64,000 nucleotides of DNA from Candidatus Methanoperedenaceae archaeon (GCA_963753595.1 CAVWCX010000027.1:32001-96000), one strand, 5' to 3'. Numbered from the stretch's first letter, positions 10,224 through 20,626 are shown. Numbers and translations are program-made. Notes: a model not told the origin generated them from the letters alone.

Positions 10224-11096
10224 ATGCAAGAAATAGCGGTGGCAGATATACATACACACACAATGTATTCAGGCTTCACGAAATATAAATTTTTATCATT
10301 CCCTGACAGTGTGACCACTCCCAGGACATCAGTCAAGGTTGCTGAAAAAATGGGACTTGGCGCACTTTGCATAACAGACCACAACACGATCAAGGGTGCA
10401 CTTGTTGCTCAAAAACTCAATAAGGATATAGTGGTTATCGGTGAAGAGATTTCATCAAATGAAGGTGAAATACTGGGATTGTTCCTTCAGGAGAAGGTCG
10501 ATCCCGGCTTAAGTGCCGAAGAAACGATAGAGCAAATACACGGCCAGGATGGGATAGCCGTTGCTCCTCATCCTTATAGTGCGCATTGTTTTTGTGTGGG
10601 TAAGAAAATGAACTTATTGAAGTTTGATGGGATAGAAGTATTCAATTCATTACACAGGGATTTATATTCAAATGCTCTCGCACTTAAAAATTGTAATGGG
10701 CATGCAAAGCTTGGCGGAAGTGATGCCCATGCAAGTTTCATGATTGGCAACGGTTATACGTTGTATAACGGCAGTTCCCAGGAAGATTTTCGGACTGCCA
10801 TAAAGAACAGGCAGACAATTCATGGCGGAAATGTCGCAGCCCTTAAAGATTTTGTCAAATATAGCGCCAGGGTAGCGTATGAATCGTCAAAGACAATAAT
10901 GAAGTTCAATGACATAGATTGCCCCATGTCTTCCAGAATATCAAGGATAAGAAATTCACGCAAAATACCCTATTTATTATTTTCTATTGCGTATGCATTT
11001 TCACCGCTGCCGGTCGTCTGCACCCTTCTTGGCGACAGGGTTTTGAAACATAAAGGACGCAGGGTCTGGAAAGAACAGCATGATCACGAATTATAA
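10224..11096 (+). CDS. PHP-domain phosphoesterase
   Basis: DIHTHT, ITDHN, GEEI, APHPY and GGSDAH metal motifs. Confidence 0.9.
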   Translation: MQEIAVADIHTHTMYSGFTKYKFLSFPDSVTTPRTSVKVAEKMGLGALCITDHNTIKGALVAQKLNKDIVVIGEEISSNEGEILGLFLQEKVDPGLSAEETIEQIHGQDGIAVAPHPYSAHCFCVGKKMNLLKFDGIEVFNSLHRDLYSNALALKNCNGHAKLGGSDAHASFMIGNGYTLYNGSSQEDFRTAIKNRQTIHGGNVAALKDFVKYSARVAYESSKTIMKFNDIDCPMSSRISRIRNSRKIPYLLFSIAYAFSPLPVVCTLLGDRVLKHKGRRVWKEQHDHEL

Positions 11097-11141
11097 CACA
11101 TTTTTATTTTATCGGAATAGACCGCAGCCCCGCTGGCAGCT

Positions 11142-11840
11142 TCACTTGTAATTTCGTTTCGAGTATGAATATCCTGAAGCTTCGCCCCCATTGGCAACTA
11201 TGTATAGCCATTCGTAAACCGATTTTATCATCCCGAACTGCTGGAACCTTCGCATTGAGAATCCAACCTTCATCTGGCCATCAAGCATTACACGCCCAAG
11301 TTTACGCATCCTCAGTGCGATCTCAACGTCATCTCCTGCATCGATGCATCTGTACATACCCGCATCAATGAACGCTTTTTTATCAAATGCAGTGTTGCAT
11401 CCCAGCGTATAATACAGTGCGCCGGTATAATACCCGATCCTTGAGAAGGTATTTGCACTCATAAGGTAGATTTTATGTTTTAATCCCATTTCAATCGGAT
11501 AAACAGTCCCATAAAGCTGGACAATATCATTTGACTCGAAATCATTCTTTATTATCTCGATCCAATCGGGAGGGATAATGCAATCCGCATCGGTTGTAGC
11601 AACGATATCACCTTTTGCGCGTAATACCCCGTCATTCCTGGCTCCCCCTACCTTTTTGCTTGTCTGGGAAATAACTTCATCGGCATATACTCTCGCCAGT
11701 TCACATGTCCGGTCCTTTGAATGTCCATCCACTACTATGATCTCGTATTCATCCCTGCTGATTGTCTGGTTACATAGGGATTGCAGGCAGGCAGTAATGT
11801 TTGCTTCTTCATTATAGGTGGGGATAATTACGGATATCAT
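11142..11840 (-). CDS. Glycosyltransferase family 2
   Basis: SVIIPTYNEE, VVDGHSKD, TDAD. Confidence 0.92.
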   Translation of the reverse strand: MISVIIPTYNEEANITACLQSLCNQTISRDEYEIIVVDGHSKDRTCELARVYADEVISQTSKKVGGARNDGVLRAKGDIVATTDADCIIPPDWIEIIKNDFESNDIVQLYGTVYPIEMGLKHKIYLMSANTFSRIGYYTGALYYTLGCNTAFDKKAFIDAGMYRCIDAGDDVEIALRMRKLGRVMLDGQMKVGFSMRRFQQFGMIKSVYEWLYIVANGGEASGYSYSKRNYK

Positions 11841-12814
11841 GATTCTATCAGTTTCCTGTAAAGATCACAATGCATATCTGCAACTTTTTTAATGTCATAC
11901 TGCTCTGTGAAGTCACGCGATCCATTAGAATAATGTCTTAATGATCCATCATCTGTGATCCGTTCTCCAGCCTCCTCTACATTATTAAAATATTGCACAG
12001 CCCCACCAAAGATCCCTTTAAATTCCGGTATCCCACGGGCAACTACGGGAAGGCCGCAGGAGAGCGCTTCCAGGATCACCAGCACAAACATCTCAGAGTA
12101 CGAGGGCATTAAAAATACATCCGCGCCGCTGTAAGCTTCCGCGATATCAGGAACGAATCCCGTGAATATTACATTATCCTGGCATTTTTTTTTCATCCAT
12201 TCTATCCTGAGGCGGTCTTTTGAAAATGGCCCGGCAGGAAACCCCCCTACCCAAACCCAGTGAATTTCAGGATACATTTTTGACAGCTCTAAAAAATCGT
12301 ATATTCCCTTTCGTGGTGTCTGCTGGCCTACGGCAAGCACTACCTTATCGCCATCAGGTATTTTATACCGTTCCCTGAAGCTTTTCCGCTTTCCTTCATC
12401 CCTTTTGAAATAATGTCTATCAACCCCGTTTGGGATCGTTGTGGTAGGAACATCAGGAGCTATATCCCCCACTTCGCTGCGGTACTCATCTAACAGGGTA
12501 ATGATATGGTCAAACTTCCGGTAGCTGTATGGGTAATAACGAGTAATATATTTGCTAAATGCCAGGCCCCCTTCATTCAGGCGGGGAGTGACATGCGCAG
12601 TCAGTATCTTTATACCCTGAGAGTATCGCCGGCTCATAAGCGACACAGGGCCGAATGTATGATAATGGACTATGTCAAAATCCCGGCCTCTGGAGTTCCA
12701 CGACACTTCCATATCCGGCATGCTGGCTAATTGCCTGTAAAGTGTTTTTGCTGCGGTTGCGCATCCCAGGTACTTTAAATTCAGGAAATCTTCTGCAAAA
12801 ATATTAACCTTCAT
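11837..12814 (-). CDS. Glycosyltransferase family 4
   Basis: IPNGVD, RKG, PSYSE...LEALSCGLPVV. Confidence 0.92.
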   Translation of the reverse strand: MKVNIFAEDFLNLKYLGCATAAKTLYRQLASMPDMEVSWNSRGRDFDIVHYHTFGPVSLMSRRYSQGIKILTAHVTPRLNEGGLAFSKYITRYYPYSYRKFDHIITLLDEYRSEVGDIAPDVPTTTIPNGVDRHYFKRDEGKRKSFRERYKIPDGDKVVLAVGQQTPRKGIYDFLELSKMYPEIHWVWVGGFPAGPFSKDRLRIEWMKKKCQDNVIFTGFVPDIAEAYSGADVFLMPSYSEMFVLVILEALSCGLPVVARGIPEFKGIFGGAVQYFNNVEEAGERITDDGSLRHYSNGSRDFTEQYDIKKVADMHCDLYRKLIES

Positions 12815-14124
12815 TATGATCCCTCACAAAATCCATTGCACTTCTGATACAATTATCCATATTTAGATATTCAAATTCCGAAAAACGTCCCACAAGCCCT
12901 ATGCCAAGTTTTGCGCAAAAGTCTTTTACTATTGCGATATTTTTCTTATAATCGAGGTCATAGATAACATACGCGTAAGTTTGCCGCTCCAGGGCAGTAT
13001 ATATTATATCCTCTCTATCCTTTATGATATTCATATTTTTAAGCGCATCAATTACATGGTCAATGATCTTCTTATCAGGCATTTTTGATACATCATCCCC
13101 TTCATGATATGTTATCTCTGCAAGTATCGCCGAATGTCCTGCGGGCGCCACTTCCGGGCTGTAATTTGACGGAAAGGAAACCCTGTTAAATAACCCCAGG
13201 TCTTTATCAGGAACATACATCCACGAGATATCCGCAAGCTTTCCACGTATCCCGATAAAAACACAGGCTATCGAGTTATACTTTAGATCATTGCAGGATC
13301 TTCTAACACCTTCCGGAACATTTTCAAGACTTTCAAGGAGCCTCTGTAAGGGAATCGTAGATATGCAGCGGTCTGCAATAATAATATTATCGCCATCACT
13401 TATTAAATACTTTTCTCCTTCTTTCTTTATGGAAGTTACGTTAAAGCCTGTGCGAATGCTCTTTTCAATCGGTGATGCAATTGATCTCACGAGAGCTTCA
13501 ATCCCGCCCTTTCGGGGGTAGGTGAAAACTGACTGGTGCGTGTATCCTTCGGTTTCTATCCCGATAGCAGATTTTATAATATCCTCTACTGGCGGGCGTG
13601 GAATGCGCCCTTCCACCCAGTGCAATGACATCTGTTCTGCCGGGAATTTCCAGATCTTTTCGTTATATGGGATCAAGTATAAGTCAGCAATGCCTTTCCC
13701 GAAGGTATGGATTATCCACTCACGAAAATTCCGGGGGGGCGAAAGTTCGCCTTTTTCAACAGCGATCAGGGTTTTAATGAATTCATTGATACAGAAAAAG
13801 AGATCATCTTTTGGAAGCTGGCTCAACCCGTTTTCAAAGGGATATTTGATATACTTGTCCCTTATAGAAAATTTTTGTATTGCGATCATTGCGCTGGCTG
13901 TTCTCTCCGAGAATATCATTTATAAATGTGAGGACTTCCAGGTCACGGCTGAAAATAATGTGCGAACCCCCAATATCAAAAGTGAACCCGGATTTGCTCA
14001 CAGAGCGGCATAATCCCCCAAAAACCGGTTCACGCTCAAGAACTGTCACCTCAACACCTTTTTGCGAAAGTAAGCGGGCAAGAGTGATACCGCTAAGACC
14101 ACCACCAAGTATTGCTGTTTTCAC
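12804..14124 (-). CDS. FAD-dependent oxidoreductase (HemY/UDP-galactopyranose mutase-like), one frameshift near 13860
   Basis: ILGGGLSG and FDIGGSH in the 5' ORF join YPFENG...GRFSEFEYLNMD in the 3' ORF when one G is removed from AAGGGAC. Confidence 0.85.
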
Positions 14125-14231
14125 GTTGGATTAATCGCTATCAATCAATATATTGTTATCTATTTGATAAAAACCGAAGTGTTAAAATATCTATAAACCA
14201 GAACTTACAATAACTTACATAGGAGGAATTT

Positions 14232-14818
14232 ATGAAAAAGTCTTTAGGTGCAAAAACTCTTGTTTATCCTCTCCCGGTCTGGGTTGTGGGAACATATGAC
14301 AAAGCAAATAAGCCCAACGTGGCGACCATCGCCTGGGGCGGTATCTGTTGCTCCCAACCGCCCTGTGTAGCGATCTCTCTTCGCAAAGCTACATATTCGT
14401 ACGGGAATATCATGGAGCAAAAGCCTTCACCGTGAATGTTCCTTCAGAAAAGTACGCAAAGGATGCGGATTATTTCGGTATGGTATCAGGGAAGGATACA
14501 GACAAGTTCGCCGAATCCGGGCTGACCAGCGTTAAGAGCGAACTTGTGGATGCTCCATATGTGAAGGAATTCCCTCTTATCCTTGAGTGCAAACTGATCC
14601 GTTCTATTGAAATAGGGCTGCACACGCAGTTTATCGGTGAGATCATGGATGTCAAGGCAGATGAGCATGTACTTGGTGAGAAAGGGATTACTGATATCGA
14701 AAAATTAAAACCGGTCATATTTGCCGCTGATACCGGCGGTTATTATGGTGTCGGTAAATTTATTGGAAAGGCATATTCTATCGGGAAAAAGATTTCTTCA
14801 AAAGATAGATCTTCCTAA
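14232..14818 (+). CDS. Flavin reductase/flavoredoxin, one frameshift near 14420
   Basis: [17 protein letters not shown] and LECK...[11 protein letters not shown]; the halves join if one A is added to CAAAAGCC. Confidence 0.87.
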
Positions 14819-14838
14819 AACATGCAGATTGAATAAGT

Positions 14839-14908
14839 AAAAAAATAGTTGGGAAGATTTGGATAGGATAGGAGTGATAAAAAAATATTTTTATCTGCCC
14901 AACTATTT
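14839..14908 (-). ncRNA. Candidate ~70-nt hairpin sRNA
   Basis: 16-bp inverted repeat with 1 mismatch (14843-14858 / 14893-14908), U7 tail, and an upstream BRE/TATA-like AAACGATTAATA (14931-14942). Confidence 0.45.
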
Positions 14909-14927
14909 ATTCGCATATATGCGAATA
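14908..14927. promoter_or_regulatory. Perfect 20-bp palindrome, putative operator
   Basis: TATTCGCATATATGCGAATA between a TATA-like box and the hairpin. Confidence 0.55.
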
Positions 14928-15133
14928 TGGTATTAATCGTTTATGACCATTCCCAATAAGTGATAATAGCTTGCCTCTCTCCAATAAAAATGCTTTGAAT
15001 CCTCAGAAAATGAAACTCATGATTTGATCGCATTTCCCTGAACAACCCGAAAAGATATATTCGGATGAATACTGACATCCTCATTTCATGAGAATGGATT
15101 ACACCGTTTATTATTGTATAGGTCTATGTATTA

Positions 15134-15454
15134 TTGTTACCTTCTGAAAATAAGGAATTGGCGAGGTCTATTACTATGTCAAAAAAAGAACGGGAAATTA
15201 AAGCAAAAATTAATTGGGATGAACTTAATGATTTTTGGTCTTGCCAGTATGAAGACGATTATGGACAATTTTTCAATACTCGAACAACATCTTCAAACAG
15301 ATTTATGAAAGTTTACAAGGAACAACTTTCCCTTATCCAGGATATCATAAAAGACTCTGAATCTTATTTTGAAACCCAGGTATTAAAAAGTGAAATGACC
15401 CGAAAACCCGAATCATCCAGGGCCCTTAAAACCGGGGATCATCTGGCAAATTAG
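15134..15454 (+). CDS. Hypothetical protein
   Basis: 106-aa ORF upstream of the DUF2551 gene; start uncertain. Confidence 0.55.
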   Translation: MLPSENKELARSITMSKKEREIKAKINWDELNDFWSCQYEDDYGQFFNTRTTSSNRFMKVYKEQLSLIQDIIKDSESYFETQVLKSEMTRKPESSRALKTGDHLAN

Positions 15455-15498
15455 TAAATATTCGAGGTGATGCTATTATAAATAATTTAGAAGATGGT

Positions 15499-15795
15499 AT
15501 GAAGAAAAGGTTATTAAAATTTCTTGTCCGGGATAAAGTAGGCATAAGGAAATGTCTTCTAAACCTGTTTTTGCAGACAAGGAATTATACAACCTGCGAA
15601 GTTTATGATCACCTTATAAACAAGGGATTTGAAATTAATTATAGAGGCGTCTCTTCTATGGTTGGGCAGATGCATACAAGGCTGGGTATCCTGCATATTT
15701 ATTTGAATAGGGAGCATCGTATCTATTCACTCAAGGAAGACCACAGGAATATTATACAAATGATTTTAACAACTCCCACCAGATTTCCCGGATAA
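15499..15795 (+). CDS. DUF2551-family (winged-helix-like) protein
   Basis: RDKVGIRK and YRGVSSMVGQMHTRLGIL signature of the methanomicrobial family. Confidence 0.8.
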   Translation: MKKRLLKFLVRDKVGIRKCLLNLFLQTRNYTTCEVYDHLINKGFEINYRGVSSMVGQMHTRLGILHIYLNREHRIYSLKEDHRNIIQMILTTPTRFPG

Positions 15796-15964
15796 TCCGG
15801 GAATTCTATTATAGACAAACAGTATTATCAGATTTTGAGAATAGCCTATCCCTTTTATTTCCTGGGAAAATAATCATAAAGATAGAGGATGGCAGCTTGA
15901 CCATTTTTTCGAACTATACCACCACCCATATCCCCTCAAATGTCATGCTGCCTAAATACCTCTG

Positions 15965-16197
15965 TTTTACAAAATATCTAATAAAATCATTGGAGCAGCA
16001 ATACAGGTACACAGAAACCTTGGACCTGGATTGCTGGAAAGTACCTATGAAGTTTGCTTGAAATATGAATTGGAAAAGAGAGGTCTAAAAATTCAGTCAC
16101 AGGTTGGACTTCCGGTCATATATGATAACACCTTGGTCTATTAATTAATTTCAATGTAATGCTTCTTAAGGATGGAATTAAACGCAGGATTAATTAA
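15965..16197 (+). pseudogene. GxxExxY (PD-(D/E)XK) protein, 5'-truncated and internally deleted
   Basis: [51 protein letters not shown] fused out of frame to the C-terminal [21 protein letters not shown]. No start codon; catalytic middle missing. Confidence 0.88.
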
Positions 16198-16211
16198 TTA
16201 CTCTGTGTCCT

Positions 16212-16329
16212 GGTATGAAAATTAACAACGAACTTGTACTAACTGATACGAACTCACGCCACCGGAGTTCGTTTTAGTTCGTTGTTTTTTTTTAATGTTC
16301 ATTTAGGAACCTCAGTTCATGGCCGACTT
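16212..16329 (+). repeat. MITE-like element with 10-nt periodic hairpin, copy A
   Basis: GGTATGAA...ACGAACT units...ACTCACGCCACCGGAGTTCG...ATGGCCGACTT; aligns with 57068-57196. Confidence 0.75.
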
Positions 16330-16563
16330 ATTTTTAAAACAAAATTCAATCATTTTTAGGGCTATAAGCGAGTGCGATATAAATTTATTTATTGTTATTT
16401 ATATAATCCAAGCGAATCATGACGCTATGGGCAAAAATCAGAGGTTTAGGTGCAAAGCTTGAAGCAGGTTAAAATCATATATAAGAAAGAAGAACGCTTC
16501 ATCCCAGGCATCTTTGGCTATGAGAGAAGCGGGAGAGCAATGCAACTCAATTGTTTTATTTTT

Positions 16564-16758
16564 CTATTCATCATCCAGCATTTCTTCTAAAATTTCGTCG
16601 GTATTTACCAGGTATCTCGCTCTTTCCATGTCTATCTCCTCCATCCTCTTCCATGAAGACAAGGTATGGATGATTACTTTGGGTTGAAATTTCATGAAAA
16701 CTGGAACAAATCCTGATGTCTTCTTTGAATCCTTAATCTCATTTTCAAAATTTCTCAT
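16564..16758 (-). CDS. Small hypothetical protein
   Basis: 64-aa ORF with GAGGTGA SD. Confidence 0.55.
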   Translation of the reverse strand: MRNFENEIKDSKKTSGFVPVFMKFQPKVIIHTLSSWKRMEEIDMERARYLVNTDEILEEMLDDE

Positions 16759-17269
16759 TTCTTTTCACCTCTTGTCTTAGGCTGTTATCTAAGCACTTTA
16801 TACCACGATCTTTTGGAATATATATGGTACAAACCATTCCCACAAAATGAAAACGATCTACAAATGAGAATAATAGGCCGATACCACCATTCTGACTTTA
16901 CCTGTATCTGATTTTATTCAATATCCTTGATATTTGGGTGAGCGAGCCTTTTCCAGAGCCTGATAATCTTGTAGTTGCTGTCTTCTTTCTTAATGTCAAC
17001 CGAAAGCACTCCATTATTGATACGGATCGTTGCCTCACGAAGTGCACAGTGGAAATATCTCTCTTCGTTGCCCTGGAGATTTATGATTGTCTTGACATGT
17101 TGTATGATCCCGGCAGCTTCTTACCTACGGAAATGATATGATCGAGTATGCATATACTGGAAAATCACTTTTTTCACCCGGGCTGGATATAGTCGTGCTG
17201 GTGTTCTTCATATTGATCTTCCAGATAGCGGCAAATTACCTTTACAAGAAGTTCAATGAGTGAATTGAA

Positions 17270-17443
17270 ATGTTCATTGATGTGGGCGCCACAACCAAGG
17301 AAGATGCAGAAAAAATAGGTGTGAAGGCCGGGACGCCAATAACTCCTGATATGGAGTTCAAAACCTTAGGCAATGATCGGGTCACAGGTAAAGCTTTTGA
17401 TAACCGCGCAGGCTGCACAATGCTTATCGGGGATATTAAATAA
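17270..17443 (+). pseudogene. Internal fragment of M42 (TET) aminopeptidase
   Basis: MFIDVGATTKEDAEKIGVKAGTPITPD...VTGKAFDNRAGC, 57 aa only. Confidence 0.85.
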
Positions 17444-17639
17444 TTAATTAAATCATTAATCGCTTGATGTAGAAAAGATATCATTCTACTTTTAACCGAC
17501 GAAGACTTGGCAGTACTGCCAGGCGGAATGTTTAAATAGCTCTTTCTTGGATATAAAAAGCATAGGAGAAAAGGGAGGTTAAAATGAAATTCAATATGCT
17601 CCCTCGAATAATGTCCAAATCAAAGAATAATTAAACGGG

Positions 17640-17888
17640 ATGGTATTAATGGCAAGATTTAAAGTGGAGATTGAAAGACCGTTATGCATATCATGTGAGA
17701 GCTGCGTTAACATCTGTCCTGAATTCTGGGAGATGGCTCCTGATGGTTTTTCCCATTTAAAGGGTTCAAAAAAAGTAGGTGAGAATGAAGAAAGGGAAGT
17801 GGACGATGTGAGTTGCAACAACGACGCGGCAGAGAACTGCCCGGCTACTTGCATCCATGTGTATGAAAATGGAAAAAAAATCATTTGA
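17640..17888 (+). CDS. Single-cluster ferredoxin
   Basis: CISCESCVNICP...AAENCPATCI; start may be 17649. Confidence 0.9.
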   Translation: MVLMARFKVEIERPLCISCESCVNICPEFWEMAPDGFSHLKGSKKVGENEEREVDDVSCNNDAAENCPATCIHVYENGKKII

Positions 17889-17926
17889 GATATTCTCATG
17901 CGAAACAAATTACACTGAGGCTAATT

Positions 17927-18307
17927 ATGTTTAAAAGAATTGACCATATAGAAATTATTCCCGGAGATATAGAGAAAACCATTAGCTTCTACACAGGAAT
18001 CCTGGGTTTTAAAATTAAACAGCGACAAAAGGTAGAAGTGCCTCCTCTGGAAGAGATAGTTTACATTGAACTCAATGGTTCAGTTATAGAACTTATGAAG
18101 GTTAAGAATCCTGCCCTTCCATCTCAAAATCCATGGCAGGCTGGTTTGAGGATGATAGCACTTGAGGTAGAGGACATGGATACGGCTGTAAAGTATCTTG
18201 CGAGTAAAGGAGTGGAAATAACCTGGGGGCCGATAACTCTTGGGAAATCAAAAAGAGCTGAAATAAAAGATCCGGATGGGCTTTCAATCGAACTGCGGCA
18301 GTGGTAG
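17927..18307 (+). CDS. VOC/glyoxalase family protein
   Basis: RIDHI, FYTGILGF, IELM, DPDGLSIEL. Confidence 0.9.
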   Translation: MFKRIDHIEIIPGDIEKTISFYTGILGFKIKQRQKVEVPPLEEIVYIELNGSVIELMKVKNPALPSQNPWQAGLRMIALEVEDMDTAVKYLASKGVEITWGPITLGKSKRAEIKDPDGLSIELRQW

Positions 18308-18362
18308 AAACCGAGTAGATCATATTAAAGTGTTGATTATCTTAAGTTAAAGGTGAACAGAA

Positions 18363-18749
18363 ATGGTAAAAATTGAAGGAAAATACAAGGAAATCATGGA
18401 TAGAACAGAATGGGTCGCCATAGCTACATGTGGGGAAAATGGCCCTCATATGGTAGCGACATGGGGAGACTATGTGAGAGCGCTCAATGTAAAAGATAAC
18501 GAGGTAATAGTCATTCCTGCAGGGCATTATAACATTACAGAAGAAAATCTCAAGAAGAACAATCGTGTTGAACTGCTCATTGCTTCCAGGCAGGTTGAGG
18601 GAACTTATGGCCCCGGACAGGGGTGCTGCATCTCCGGAACAGGGGAGATACTGACTTCGGGAAAATTTGCCCAGATGGCAAAATCAAAGTTTTCCTGGGC
18701 AAGGGGAGCGCTTGTAATAAAGGTAGACGGGGTAAAGACGCAGCTCTGA
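18363..18749 (+). CDS. FMN-binding split-barrel (PNPOx-like) protein
   Basis: VAIATC-GPHMVATW, TEENLKKNNRV, GQGC-ISGTG. Confidence 0.85.
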   Translation: MVKIEGKYKEIMDRTEWVAIATCGENGPHMVATWGDYVRALNVKDNEVIVIPAGHYNITEENLKKNNRVELLIASRQVEGTYGPGQGCCISGTGEILTSGKFAQMAKSKFSWARGALVIKVDGVKTQL

Positions 18750-18768
18750 ATATTCTTTCCTTGATTAT

Positions 18769-19362
18769 CTATCTGACATCTTTGAGCTGATTTTTTGCTT
18801 CTGCATCTGGCGGATACGTGATGCCCAATCCATTTACCCATGCAAAAGGCGTGAGCGTATGAGGTGAACAGCGATTCAAACTCATAATGTGTTCTACCCT
18901 GATATCCCGAATCAAAAGTGCATCGGCAATAAGAGAGCGATGACAGCGCCAGGGAAGGGCTTCCGCACACATTAATGCGATTTGTTCCGACTCTGCAAGA
19001 TGTATTAACTCCTGTAAATTTTTCTCAAATTCTTCTGTCTGCATGTAGTCAGCAAAACCCCTGAAAGATGAGTTATGCCAGCCCATATTAGGCGAGTCTT
19101 TCCGTGCATGGCGAAGGCCGCCCAGCCCGGCCATATGTGTGTAACCCATGCCAGCAGTGCGCAGGTTGCCGGGTAATGTTTCGTTATTGAACTGAGGGTT
19201 GTGTCTTGAGCGTGGAACCGTTCGGATATCTACAACCATTGTCACGGAGTGCGCCTGCAAAAGGCTGATAAATGCATCCAATGTGCGCGTGGAATGCCCA
19301 ATGGTTAACACGACATGTGAACTGTCATAACTATTTACCGTCATAGATACCATCCCTGGCAA
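18769..19362 (-). CDS. DUF488-family protein
   Basis: TIGHSTR, VDIRTVPRSRHNPQF, LMCAEALPWRCHRSLI. Confidence 0.9.
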   Translation of the reverse strand: MPGMVSMTVNSYDSSHVVLTIGHSTRTLDAFISLLQAHSVTMVVDIRTVPRSRHNPQFNNETLPGNLRTAGMGYTHMAGLGGLRHARKDSPNMGWHNSSFRGFADYMQTEEFEKNLQELIHLAESEQIALMCAEALPWRCHRSLIADALLIRDIRVEHIMSLNRCSPHTLTPFAWVNGLGITYPPDAEAKNQLKDVR

Positions 19363-20287
19363 GGCGCTCCAGCAACAAATGGAAGTAGAGGAACCCGGCG
19401 TAAGGCTTCCATCTTGAGAGAATGCACCTTACGTCTTCATAGTCCATCGTTTCTTTTAGTTTCAACCAGCGCTGCAGGTTCTTACGGGCACCCACATCAT
19501 CGCCGGGAAAAAGATGGATTCGTCCAAGACCTCGAAGCATGACATATTCGGCTGTCCATCGGCCTACACCCCGTAACTGACAGAGACGTGTAAGGACGGT
19601 GTCATCATCCAGTGCTTCCAGGGCTTCCATATCCAGATGTTTATCAGCAATCATCCGGGCCAGTTCGATAATTGCACCTGCTTTATTATAACTTAATCCC
19701 AATCTTCTTAAATCCTGCGGTTTTAGTCCTGCCAGGTCTTCCGGCTGGGGAAAAGCGTAGACTGATGAGCTTTCTGCCCGGACTGACCTGCCAAAGTCCG
19801 TTGCCAATCTATTAAGCAGGATAATGCCCAGGGTAAGCGTTATCTGCTGACTGGCAATTCCATTGATTATCGCCTCGAACAGCATAGGGAAGCGAGGCGG
19901 TTTGAGTCCACGATATCGCTCTGCCAGTTGTGAAAGTTGAGCATCCTCAGAAGCAAGCTGATATAATTCAAGGAGGTTTTGCCTGGTACCCAGCATCCGT
20001 TCAACTATTGCCACTATAGTAGATTCATCTTTAGACGAAAGTCCGGCGCTGGCAGCTTCGATATTAAGTTCAGGATTATCCCGCGGGCCTGTTTGTGTAA
20101 CTGCAACATCTACAGCCCGGCCATCAAGGAGTAGCACCCGACGGTAAGTTTTCCCATCCCACCGGTCCACTATATTATTTGCCCGGCGGCGAAGAGCCCA
20201 TACCGTCAAATCCAGTCGAAATGGCGCCACTGGTTTGAGGTAAAGAGAGATAAGTTTCAAAGGTATCTCCTTTACACCTGTTTTCAT
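19331..20287 (-). CDS. alkA: DNA-3-methyladenine glycosylase II (AlkA family)
   Basis: FEAIINGIASQQ, HhH LRGVGRWTAE, FPGDDVG, WKPY. Confidence 0.9.
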   Translation of the reverse strand: MKTGVKEIPLKLISLYLKPVAPFRLDLTVWALRRRANNIVDRWDGKTYRRVLLLDGRAVDVAVTQTGPRDNPELNIEAASAGLSSKDESTIVAIVERMLGTRQNLLELYQLASEDAQLSQLAERYRGLKPPRFPMLFEAIINGIASQQITLTLGIILLNRLATDFGRSVRAESSSVYAFPQPEDLAGLKPQDLRRLGLSYNKAGAIIELARMIADKHLDMEALEALDDDTVLTRLCQLRGVGRWTAEYVMLRGLGRIHLFPGDDVGARKNLQRWLKLKETMDYEDVRCILSRWKPYAGFLYFHLLLERLARDGIYDGK

Positions 20288-20305
20288 ATCTTTACAAGAA
20301 TCACT

Positions 20306-20518
20306 TCATTTTTGTCTTCCAGGGTATTGCAGGAAGTCATTATCATCGCAATTTTTAACCCCCAATCCTGAATCCAGGACCCTGCCACCATGATTGGAAA
20401 CGCCTATGACATCAGCCGCAGCCAGTGCATCCTCCGCGCACATAACTCCTTTGACAATGAATGGAAGTCGTGTTGTATTTTTGAGCTCTCGCAGTTCGTC
20501 TATTGTTTTCCTGAACAC
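20306..20518 (-). pseudogene. Fragment of FMN-dependent alpha-hydroxy-acid dehydrogenase
   Basis: LPFIVKGVM-EDA and VSNHGGRVLD motifs in only 70 aa. Confidence 0.8.
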
Positions 20519-20626
20519 AGGCTTTCATTAGATCAATCAGGATTTCTTGCGACTGAGGCTTGAAAATGTCCTCATTATAACATAGATATTGCATACGGCA
20601 CAGAGCCATTTGACCATTTACTAAAG

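Noticed and set aside
16212-16329. ACGAACT repeats as a mini-CRISPR
   Set aside because: Units are 7 bp with 3-nt spacers and inverted symmetry; no cas genes in the window.
16900-17215. Broken minus-strand coding-like stretch
   Set aside because: No family could be recognised from the fragments, so no call is made.
17584-17634. 16-codon ORF with strong SD before the ferredoxin as a leader peptide
   Set aside because: No informative codon bias or attenuator structure; equally likely a deletion remnant.
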